Origin: the human T2T-CHM13v2.0 reference genome, Homo sapiens
Length of the DNA stretch: 64,000 bases
Assembly (NCBI RefSeq): GCF_009914755.1
Contig: NC_060932.1
Reading direction: 5' to 3' (one strand)
How positions within the stretch are numbered: the stretch's first letter is position 1; each line of letters opens with the position of its first letter. A program made the translations under genes and the position numbers. Positions 14,201 to 24,930 of the stretch are shown piece by piece. The notes beneath the pieces are model-generated. The model was not told the origin of the DNA. It ran no database searches and saw only the letters and a list, made by a program, of their open reading frames with translations.

Positions 14201-15584
14201 AGGCAATACTAGGTAAATGGATTAGGAAAGAAAATAATTCTAGAGAGTGATCACATATTAGAGAAGCCATTATAAAATGTACATAAAATAAAAAAGAAAT
14301 ATAACCAAATAAGAAAATATGTGCATCAAAAACGACAGAAAAGAACAATTCCTTAATAACCTCAGAACACATACCTATATTTTTAGAAATTACCCTTAGG
14401 ATTCCAATAACTAAGTGATCATGTCTCAAACAAACAAAATTTACACAAGAGAAAATACAAATAGGAAACAAATGTCTGGGAAAATGTTCCAACTAACATG
14501 TAATCAAGAAATGCAAATTTAAGCAACTTTTTAACATCTGCTAAGTTTAAAAAAAAAGTTTGAAAAAATAAAAACCAGACTTACAGGAAGAATGACAACA
14601 TAAACGTAGTCTCTGCTCCCCTCCAGGAAAACGGCTGAAATTACCAAAGTGGAGGGAGATGGGGTGGGGGTAGGACATCAGCCGTGAACCAGGAATGGTG
14701 CCAACCACATGTCAAGCACAAAGTGAGGAATTTCTACCAGTTTCAATACCAACTGTAAAAAAGAATAACAACCTTTCCTCAATGGCAGTTGCAAGAAAGG
14801 AGAGAAGGAAACTATGGTGAAATTCATCAGCAGGTCACAAGCAGATGACAGACGGCCATATGTGGAGTCCTTCTCCCTATGCTTGGAGACAATCCACAGC
14901 TCTGGTGTCAAAGAGAAGAGAAAGCAACGAGCCACTCCTAGCCATTTTTCACATATGTGGCAACTTACTAGTGGAGGTAGTCAGTTGAATATGGGCTGGT
15001 GTGGGGTGTGGGGTGTGGGGTGGAATTTCTGTAAGGTCTAGGCATCCTGTTGGAGAGATGAGGATTGATCAAATATAAATAACAGAAGGAAAGGCAGGTG
15101 TTTGGGAGAATACACTTCTAGCCACATCATTCAGGAAACCCATAGGCCAAAGACTTTTTCTCATAAATGAATTACTTCTAGCAGTGTTTCTTTGCCCTAA
15201 GCCTGAGGCTCAATACAGGTCTGGAAAGACCTTCCCCAAGTGACTGGATACACCTCCAGCTCAGTGAGGCCACCCCTTCTGCAGAAGTTTCAACAGAGAA
15301 AAATTATGCCAAGTACCCAGGTTTTCAATGCCCATGGCTCAAGAAGCATTTCTATCATTTTTTAGGTTTGAATGAAGACATATTTGCTCATATGATGTTG
15401 CCTCATCCATCCCTCCACTTACTTTCTATGGGGAGGAGCCCAGTGGTACCCAAATAACTAGAGAAGAAAGATTACCTATTTGCATTATTTAGGAACAAAT
15501 AGCAAGCCTGAATAGAACTTCTCACAGAGATAAATAAGGAGAAAACACCAGTATGGATCTAAAAAGACATCACAGAGTAAGGGG

Positions 15585-15790
15585 GGACTATTTAAGCATG
15601 CAGCATCTAGAATCAGAATCCCAGCTCTACCATTTACTAGCCATGCAACTTTAGGCAAGATAATTAACCTTTCTATGCCTCATTTATAAAATAAGGGTCA
15701 TCATCACAAAGATTAAATCAGTATGTAAAATACTTTCCCAAATATCCACATGGTAAATGTTAGGTATTGCTATCATTGTCCCTATTTTAT
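15585..15790 (+). mobile_element. MIR SINE
   Basis: GAATCCCAGCTCTACCATTTACTAGCCATGCAACTTTAGGCAAG...AACCTTTCTATGCCTCA. Confidence 0.7.
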
Positions 15791-15879
15791 TATGTCTAAG
15801 CAAAAAAAATGCAATTAATAAAGACAATAAACTTTGGATACATCATTAATGCTTTTTTTAATCAAATATTTCTGGCTAG

Positions 15880-16466
<587 letters not shown>

Positions 16467-16902
16467 AGAAGTAAAAGGTAAAAAAGAAAATGTTTTCAAA
16501 AACTTACTTCCAGAAAACAGTAGAGTGTTTTGGACAATAATTGCTGTATAGACCTAGAGACAGTAATGATAAAATAGGCAGATGAAGCAACAGCTGAAAC
16601 ATGACAAGTCGAGATATCCAAATGAGATTAACGGTGAGGCAGCAAAGTCAAAGAAAAAACGATTGGGAAATAATTGTGGCAAAAGCTTGGGCAAAACTAA
16701 AGGATCATGTATCATCATGTTGAAGTTAGGCCCTACCTCACAGTTTAGAAAGAATCACAGAGCTTTTATAGCCCAAGGATTGCTACAAAAATGTTCATTG
16801 AAGTGTTTCTTAGAGTAATTAAAAAAAAAACTGAAGGAAATCTAACAACTAAGAGTAGAGAATTTGTTCAATAAACCTGTGCAAATCTTTGTACCTTTAT
16901 AA

Positions 16903-17110
16903 CATCACTGTCCAATAGATCTTTCCACACTAATGGAAATGTTCTATGTCTGTGTTGTATTATGCAATACAGTAGCCACTAATCACATGTGGTTATTGAA
17001 CATTTGAAATGTGGCTGGCATGACTGAAGAAACTGAATTTTTAAGGTATTTGATTTAATTTTAATTTAATTTAAATAGCCACATTGGCTGGTAGCTTCCA
17101 AATTGGACAA
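16903..17110 (+). mobile_element. MER3 (hAT-Charlie MITE)
   Basis: CTGTCCAATAGA...ATGGAAATGTTCTAT...GTAGCCACTAATCACATGTGG...TTTAAATAGCCACA...ATTGGACA. Confidence 0.88.
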
Positions 17111-17116
17111 TCCATA

Positions 17117-17421
17117 TTTTTTTTCTTCAATTTTTGTTTTAAGTTCTGGGGATACATGTGCAGGATGCACAGGTTTGTTACATAGGTAAACATGTGCCAT
17201 GGTGGTTTGCTGCATAGGTCAATCCACGACGTAAGTATTAAGTCCAGCAACCATTAGCTATTCTTCCTGATGCTCTCCCTCTCCCACATCCTTCTGACAG
17301 GCCCCACTGTGTTTTGTTATCCCCAAAGTGTCCATGTGTTCTCATCATTCTGCTCCCACTTATAAGTGAAAACATGCGGTGTTTGGTTTTCTGTTCCTGT
17401 GTTGGTTTGCAGAGGATAACA
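17117..17421 (-). mobile_element. 5'-truncated older L1PA 3' end
   Basis: T-rich tail, GATACATGTGCAGGAT...CTCCCACTTATAAGTGAAAACATGCGG. Probable TSD ACAATCCATATTT (17107-17119) / ACAGCCCATATTT (17424-17436). Confidence 0.9.
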
Positions 17422-17712
17422 GAACAGCCCATATTTGAAACGATGGCATAGATCTGTATTTGTTAGCAATAAAAATGTTCATAATTTATTGATAAGATAT
17501 TTTAGAGAGCAGTTAAAATTAACTTATTTGTGTGTGTGCATGAGTGTATTTGTGCAAATACATACTAACTGAGGACTCCACACCAAAATGTCATCATTGG
17601 GTACTGGATAATGGCAGTATGGATGATTTTTCTTTCTTCTTTAAATCTTTTTGGACTGTCTATGGTTTTCAAATAAGATTGCAGTACTCTTATATACAGA
17701 AAAGTAAAACTG

Positions 17713-18016
17713 TTTTTCTTTCTTTTTTTCTTTTTGAGACAGAGCATCCCTCTATCGCCCAGACTGGAGTGGAAGGGTATGATCATAGCTCACTGCAGCC
17801 TCAAACTCCTGGGTTCAAGTCATCCTCCTGCCTCAGCCTCCCAAATAGCTGGGACTACTACAGGCACATGACACCATGTCTGGCTAATTTTTTTTTACTT
17901 TTTATTTTTTGTCTTCCTATGTAGCCCAGGCTGGTCTCAAACTCCTGAGCTCAAGTGATCCTCTCATCTTGGCCTCCCAAAGCATTGGGATTACAGGCAT
18001 AAGAAACTGAGCCCAC
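17713..18016 (-). mobile_element. Alu, AluJ-like
   Basis: GATCATAGCTCACTGCAGCCTCAAACTCCTGGG...CTCAAGTGATCCTC. Confidence 0.93.
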
Positions 18017-18404
18017 CCCCCATTTTCATTTAAAAAAATAAAATTATTGAAAGCTAATGCTTGTAATGCTGCAGGAAAACTGTTGATGTTATTACAAATT
18101 GATATAATTATTTTGAAAAATGTTAAATAGATTTCCACCTCAAAAATGTATTTTAAGATAACTCTCAAAAGAAGGAAGAAAGATTTACTCAAAAATCCTG
18201 TCCCTAGGGAATAATTATTTCAATTATTTTGCAACAGATTAATTACAACTCTCTTAAAATGTGTCTGCAGATTATAACAGAAAGTGAAAAGGGAATCATG
18301 TTAAAAGCTGATTTAAGACAGTGGAAAGTTATCTGTTTTTATTTTCCTTTAATATTTTAATACTACTCTCAATAAATCTCAATAAATCTCTGTACAAGGG
18401 CCAG

Positions 18405-18790
18405 TACATCAGAAGAATAAGCAGCGCTAACCACTAAAACGTAATTCCCTGGTTCTCAGTGACTCAACACAGTTGAGGTTTAGCAGTTGTTTACATCATA
18501 TTCTGATGCAGTGAAGCCGATGCCCTGGACAGCCATCTTCTGAATGGTAACTGTTTTCATCCCTTGGCCTCCACAGTCATCATGAAAGAGAGGAGAGAGC
18601 ATGGAAGATTGTGCAGGGAGTTTGATGACCAGGTCTCAAAGTGGCTTCCATCACATCTGTTTACATTCCATAGACCGGCATCTAGTCACATAGCCCAGAC
18701 TAAACTGCAAGGAATGTTGCAAAACATAATCCTTCTCTATGCCCAAGAAGAAGAATGGTGTCTGGGAGCATTCTAGCCAGTCTCTGCAAA
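18405..18790 (-). mobile_element. Old MLT1 (K/L-like) LTR
   Basis: TCTCAGTGACTCAACACA...CATCACATCTGTTTACATTCCAT...TAGTCACATAGCCC...AACTGCAAGG. Confidence 0.55.
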
Positions 18791-18885
18791 ACTTACATCA
18801 AACCAAATTCATTTGCTTTCTTAATAAGTTTATTAAGCAGGTTGATGGATGCTGCTATTGGAGGGCCCAATATTATATTTTGGAA

Positions 18886-19677
18886 TTAAAAAAAATACAA
18901 ATGGCCAACAGGTATGTGAAAGTATGTTCAACATCACTAATCACCAGGGGAACCCAAATCAAACCACTATGAGATATTATCTCATACTTGTTAGGATGGC
19001 CACTATATAAAAATAAAAGATAACAAGTACTGTCAAGGATGTGGGGAAATTGGAACCCTTGCACACTGTTGGTGGGAATGTAAAATGGGGCAGCCATTAT
19101 GGAACACAGTATGGAATTTCTTCAAAAAATTAAAAATAGAACAATCATACGATCCAGCAATTCTACTTCTGCATATTTGTCTAAAGGAATTGAAATCAGG
19201 ATCTCAAAGAGATATCTGCACTCCCATGTCCATGGCAACATTACTCACAATAGCCAAGATGTGGAAACAACGTAATTGTTTATCAAACAGATTAACAGAT
19301 AAAGAAAATGTGACATGATATCCATACATATTATTCAGCCTTAGAAAAAGGCAATCCTGTCATTTGTGCAATACAGATGAAACTTATGGGCATTATGTTA
19401 AGTGAAAAAGGCTAGTCATGAAACAACAAATACTATGTGATTCCACTTACATGAAGTACCTAAAATAGTAAGACTTATAGAAGGACAAAATAGAATAGTG
19501 GTTTCCAGGGTCTTCAAGAAGAGGGAAATGGGGAATTGCTCAACAGGTATAAAGTTTCAGTTACGTAAGGTGAATAAGTTCTAAAGATCTGCTGTATAAC
19601 ATTGTGCTTATAGTTGACAATATTGTACTGTATACTTCAAAATTGTTGTGTTCTTACCACAATAAAATTTTTAAAAA
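18886..19677 (+). mobile_element. L1MA/L1MB-type 3' end
   Basis: ORF2 C-terminus remnants (QMANRYVKVCSTSLI; [16 protein letters not shown]), GGAATTGAAATCAGGATCTCAAAGAGATATCTGCAC, 3'UTR and AATAAA. Confidence 0.9.
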
Positions 19678-20184
19678 TCCCTTCATATCACTCTTATTCA
19701 GCATCATACTGCAAGTCCTAGCTAGTGCAATGAGACACTAAAAACCACAGATAATCAAAAGCATAACACAATAATGACATAAGCTTATACCACTCAGAAT
19801 CAACCATTCTTAACATTTTGTCGTATAACATTTTTGCTATAATATCATATTGCATTGTATATATCACTCTGCACATTGCTTTTGTCATCAATGTGTTTTA
19901 AGAGCCAGTGTTCCTACTTAGCATTCCAGTTCATTTCTTTTACTTACAGCAATATAGTTCATTTTATAAGTATACTATATGTATCTATTTACCTGTTACT
20001 TTATATCGTGGTTATTCCCATTTTTCTCTATAACCATTCTGCAAGGAACATCCTTCAGCATGTCTTTTTATGCAGATGTGAAATGACACATGCCTAGAAG
20101 GGAAATTGCAAGATCAAAAACACTCATTTTTTTGAACATTATAAACATGTATAACTTGTAGACATGAATGAAAATATAAAACAC

Positions 20185-20457
20185 ATGTATATCAAATTTG
20201 TAGATGACACAAACTCAGAAGGGAGAGATGTTATGATAAATGACAAAAATCAGTGTTCAAACTTTTCATAAGTGAGAATACTGGGCCATAACTAAGAAGA
20301 TGGAATTTAAGAAAGATAAAGATAAAATCTTGCATTTAGTTGAAAGAATTAAATGCCCATTGCAAAAAGGCCGCGTTATTACTTGACAGCAATTTATTTG
20401 AAAAATGTCTGGGATGTTAGTTGGCCTCTTCTTTGCTGTGAGCTAACAGTGTGACAC
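20185..20457 (+). mobile_element. L3/CR1 LINE reverse transcriptase (RT)-region relic
   Basis: ATCAAATTTGTAGATGACACA reads IKFVDDT (CR1 KFADDTKL motif). Downstream AAAATCTTGCATTTAG (KILHL), GAAAAATGTCTGGGATGTTAGTTG and TGAGCTAACAGTGTGA follow in CR1 order. Confidence 0.75.
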
Positions 20458-20482
20458 TATTTAGACCCAAAAAAATGTAGAA

Positions 20483-20844
20483 AGACAGTCCCAGATTTAT
20501 GATAGTTCCACTTAACTATTTTTCAACTTTATGATGGTGCAAAAGCAAGACACATTCAGGGGAAACCATACTTTGAGTACCCATAGAATCACGGTTTTTC
20601 CTTTCCAGTCAAATATTCAATAAGTTACATAAGATATCCAACACGTTATTAAAAATAGGCTTTGTGTTAGATGATTTTGCCCAGCTGTATGCTAATTTAA
20701 GTGTTCTGAGAATGTTAAGTTAGGCTAGGCTAAGCCAAGATGTTTGGTAGGTTAGGCGTATTAAATACATTTTCTGCTTACAACACTTTCAACTTACAAT
20801 GGGTTTATCAGGACATAACCCCTCCATAAGTTGAGAAGCATCGT
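20483..20844 (-). mobile_element. MER47A (TcMar-Tigger MITE)
   Basis: AATAGGCTTTGTGTTAGATGATTTTGCCC...TAGGCTAGGCTAAGC...AACTTACAATGGGTTTATC, about 360 bp. Confidence 0.88.
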
Positions 20845-21166
20845 ATTTATACAGCTATATTCATAGAAGAAAGTTTTGGAGGGTCTCAACGTTAACCTTA
20901 ATTTTATTCTACCAAGTCATAACTCTATAGTGTTCAAATAAAACCAACTTATATTAACATAAGGAAAAAGAGAAAGCAGTCGTTTCACATACTACACTGC
21001 AGAGAGGATGGGTTTGGAGTAAGGCTAGAAGTAAAACCAGAGCTCCAAACGCTGCTGCAACTCATCCCTTTTACTGCCTCCCATCAATGTATCTCTCTGC
21101 CTACTGTATGTATTCTCTGAGCTACCAACCACATGAAGCTGGCTATGGCCTAAAGAAGATCTAGAT

Positions 21167-21375
21167 TGGGGGGTCCAATCTTTTGGCTTCTCTAGGCCAC
21201 ACTGGAAGAAGAATTGTTTTGGGCCACACATAAAATACACTAACACTAATGATAGCTGATGAGCTAAAAATAAAGAAAAAAATCACAAAAATATCTCATA
21301 ATATTTTAAGAAAGTTTACAAATTTGTGTTAGGCCACATTCAAAGCTGTCCTGGTCTGTGGGTTGGACAAGCTTG
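21167..21375 (+). mobile_element. MER30 (hAT-Charlie MITE)
   Basis: GTCCAATCTTTTGGCTTC...GGGCCACACATAAAATACACTAACAC...GGTTGGACAAGCTTG; 8-bp TSD ATCTAGAT (21159-21166) / ACCTAGAT (21376-21383). Confidence 0.93.
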
Positions 21376-22412
21376 ACCTAGATGATCCTCATCTGCAGCT
21401 TCAATTCATGAACTCCCAGGAGGGGTCTCTGCTTGGCCCAGCACAGGTCTTTTGTCAACTCCTTTGACAAATCAGGATGGCAGCCAACTTCAGAATCAAT
21501 GGTTGGAACAGGAGAGGTACAACCTATAGATAGCCTTAGGAAGATTGTAGTTGACCAGGAAGCCCAATTTGTATCTTCCAAAGTTATTGTCCTTCATCTT
21601 GGAGTCACTGGGTATGTAGTTATCTGCAGACATGCTTAAACACTTAACTTCCTTTGCTTAGAAACCTCTCCTGATTCTGTTACTCTTAGGCTGTGTGGTC
21701 AACATCACATAAACAGTGAGCCCTCGATATTTAACAGACAAATAAACCCAAATACATATTTTATTCACTATGTGATTTTTTTTTCCTCCTGGGTTTTATA
21801 TTTTTAAGATTCATAAAAATAAAATAGTTACTTATGTATCATGGCAGGTATCAAGAAATGTACTCCCATCAGCTGAATGGGGCCCTTGTAATAATTGCAG
21901 CAGATATAATCAGTATGCCTGCCTAAACTGTGAGTCTGGATCATTACCAAACTTGATAGTTACTGAGCTCTGACTGTGTGCAACACTATAGGTGTGGATC
22001 TACACTAGAGGATTTAAAACCTCACAGAGCCAACCAAACTGCAAACAACTGGGGAAGATGGATCACATGCAGAGGAAAGACTTAATCAGCTGAAGTTTCT
22101 GAGTAGTAGTCCCTGATTATCATCACATCTTAAGAGGGGGCCGCAATAGAATCCAGACAAGAAAAGGATATTCAGAATAAGTGAGATTTCCAATAAGACA
22201 TAAAGGAGAAAAAGCAATTTGGCTAAAAAGAGAAAGAGACCTAGGATACAGATTCCCATTTGGAGTATTTTGCTGCACACTTTATATCAGGGGTCTAAAC
22301 CCAGACTCAGAGGCAGAATCGTATGGAAAACCGACAAGATCAGGATCTTGGGTCCTAACTTGAAAAATTCTTATCCAATTCATCTGAGTGGAGTTTTGTG
22401 ATTTATACTTTT

Positions 22413-22650
22413 AATAATAATTGTAGCTGATAATCTATAGCACTTACTACATGGCAGACCCTTCATTTAAGTGTTTTATATGTAATATTAACTCTCTAAG
22501 TCCTCATTTTAGCCAATGTATTAGGAACTGTTATTATCATCCTTAATGATGTGAAAACTGAAACCCAGAGAAGCAAAGTAACTTGACTAAGGCCATGCAG
22601 TGTTGGGATTTGAACCCATGTAGTTGGGCTTCAGAATCTGCTAATCACTT
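22413..22650 (-). mobile_element. MIR SINE
   Basis: GAAAACTGAAACCCAGAGAAGCAAAGTAACTTGACTAAGG...TGGGATTTGAACCCA. Confidence 0.8.
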
Positions 22651-23138
22651 TGTTCTGCAGATTCTCAAAAAATAAAATAAAATAATGACTATGAAACTTG
22701 CAGGCAATTGTGATGAATTCAGTGTTGAAACCACTGCATTCTAACACATTCAAAAATTATTATGTACTGAGCACTGCTTCAGGATAGAGGCTCTATTATT
22801 CAAAGCCTGGCATATAGTAGATACAGAATATTGTTGGATATATTCCAAACAGAAGGAGTCCTTAGAAGCAAGATTTTGTATAGGGAAATCTGTTGGGCCT
22901 GCCTGCTACCGCAGAAAGGAAGTGGGGCAAACTGAGTGACTCATATCATGTTTTCTGTCCCCATTATAAGAAAGTGCCAAGAATCAGAATAAGAGACGCA
23001 TCATTCTGACCCTACCTTTAAAGCTCTGCCCAGCCCCTTAAATCTGTGCCGCTTATGCCCACACACTACCTTAATTATTTGGAGAAACAAGACTTTCAAC
23101 TTTTCTCTTTCAGCTCATCCTTTTCTTCAGTTCCATCC

Positions 23139-23396
23139 TTTTTTTTTTTTAAAGTGGTGTGATCATGGCTTACTGCAATCTCAGCCTCCTGAGTTCAAGT
23201 GATTCTCCTGCCTCAGCCTCCCAAGTAGCTGGGATTACAGGCACATGCCACCACACCCAGTTAATTTTATATTTTTAGTAGAGATGGGGTTTCACCATGT
23301 TGATCAGACTGGTCTCCAACTCCTGACCTCAGGTGATCCACCCACCTCGGCCTCCCAAAGTGCTGTGATTACAGGTGTGAGCCACTGCACCCGGCC
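23139..23396 (-). mobile_element. AluS lacking about 37 nt before the poly(A)
   Basis: Poly-T joins directly to AAAGTGGTGTGATC; perfect TSD AGTTCCATCCTTTTT at 23129-23143 and 23397-23411. Confidence 0.93.
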
Positions 23397-23526
23397 AGTT
23401 CCATCCTTTTTAGAAACACCATGGAATATTAAGAGGATGTGAAACTCCAAGCAGTTGATTTCTCTGCTTATTTAAAGTGAAGATAAATGGCTTGTACATG
23501 ATAAATATTTTTGGATGGATGGATGG

Positions 23527-23564
23527 GAGAATTAAACAAAGAGAATTAAACAAAGAATTAAACA
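23527..23564. repeat. 14-bp tandem repeat GAGAATTAAACAAA, about 2.7 copies
   Basis: Read directly from the sequence. Confidence 0.9.
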
Positions 23565-23647
23565 TTGAATAGAAACCCAGTGGTAGATCACTGTCCATGT
23601 CTCCTATGGGTCTGTCAGGACTGGCTGTCTTACTGGTAACATGCAAT

Positions 23648-23905
23648 ACGGTGTTATAATTAAGTGCACTGTCTTTGGATTAGGTGGCTTAGGCTCAGTC
23701 CTCCTTCTACCACTTACTAGCTGTGTGATCTTGGGCAAGTGACTTGTCCCCTCTAAACTTCAGTGTATTGTCTTTAAAACTAGAAATAATAATAGCACTT
23801 AAACTAGGGGTAATAACAGCATCAACCCACAAAGGTGTTGTGAAATAATGTACCTGCTAAGTACAATGTTCAATGCATAAAAATGCCCAATTAATAGCAA
23901 TTATT
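23648..23905 (+). mobile_element. MIR SINE
   Basis: CTACCACTTACTAGCTGTGTGATCTTGGGCAAGTGACTT core. Confidence 0.8.
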
Positions 23906-24122
23906 TCACAGGAAATAATATCAGGTTTGGTGGCTTGAAACTTGCCTTCCAATATCTTTTGGGGTAAAACTTGACAGGCATTTTTTTCTTCCAAAAGGCA
24001 AGACTTTGGGGAACATGAGAGGCAAATGGCAGATTTTATTTAGACTGGCAAGGAAGAAAGAAAGGGAGAGAGGGAGGAAATATAAAAAGATAACCTTTCC
24101 TCTTCTGAAAATCACACATCAA

Positions 24123-24282
24123 TTTTTTTTTATACAAAATAGGGTCCTTCTCTATCATCCAGGCTGGAGTGCAGTGGCATGATCATAGCTCACTATAACG
24201 TCAAGCTCCTGGGCTCAAGTGATCCTCCTGCCTTGGCCTCCCAAAGTGCTGGAATTACAGGTGTGAGTCATCACACTGGGTC
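24123..24282 (-). mobile_element. Alu monomer, left/right-arm hybrid (AluJ/FRAM-like)
   Basis: 160 bp with a left-arm 5' half (CCCAAAGTGCTGG, GTGAG) and a right-arm 3' half (GGAGTGCAGTGGCATGATC). Confidence 0.85.
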
Positions 24283-24564
24283 ATAACATTTCTTTATATT
24301 CATGTGACTCCAAAGGTTTAGCTACCAGTGATGAAGTTATCCCAATTACAATTCTTAGACAGGAAAGGAAATGCAGTCAACTTCTGAGAAAATGGGTTGA
24401 CTCTCTAGAAAGTCTGGAGGGTGTAAATGGCCCATGTTCTGAAGAGGGAACATTTCAAGCTTATGAGCTAGGCTCACCTCAACCAAAGAGCTCAGCTAAT
24501 ACAATATATCCTTAGAGCTTAGTTTGTTTCTGGACATTTGGATTATTTATTTATTTAAGTATTT

Positions 24565-24669
24565 ATTTTAGTGCATCAGAATCAATGTAGTACATCAGAA
24601 TCAATGTAGTACATCAGAATCAAAGAATTGAACTAAAATGAAAATCAAAGAATTTTAGTGCATCAGAAT
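24565..24669. repeat. Complex local duplication built on a 19-bp unit GTACATCAGAATCAATGTA
   Basis: Units at 24571, 24590 and 24609, plus dispersed 18-bp and 12-bp exact copies. Confidence 0.9.
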
Positions 24670-24930
24670 TAGTATAGCACTTTGAAGTTAGACAAACCTT
24701 AATTTGAATCCCAGCTCTAACATTTAATAGTTGCATGACCTTGGGCAAATTGTTGACAGCTGTACACTTCAGTGTGTTTGCGTGTAAAGGGGAGGTGATA
24801 CTGTTACCTTTTACATCCACATGTTGGGATGATTAAACAAGGTCATATGTATAAAGCACTCTATTCAAGACCTGACATACAGTAAGCACTCTATAAATAT
24901 TGGCTATACTTATGTCTCATTGATATTATT
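24670..24930 (+). mobile_element. MIR SINE
   Basis: TTTGAATCCCAGCTCT...TGACCTTGGGCAAATT...CCTGACATACAGTAAGCACTCTATAAATATTGGCTAT. Confidence 0.8.
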
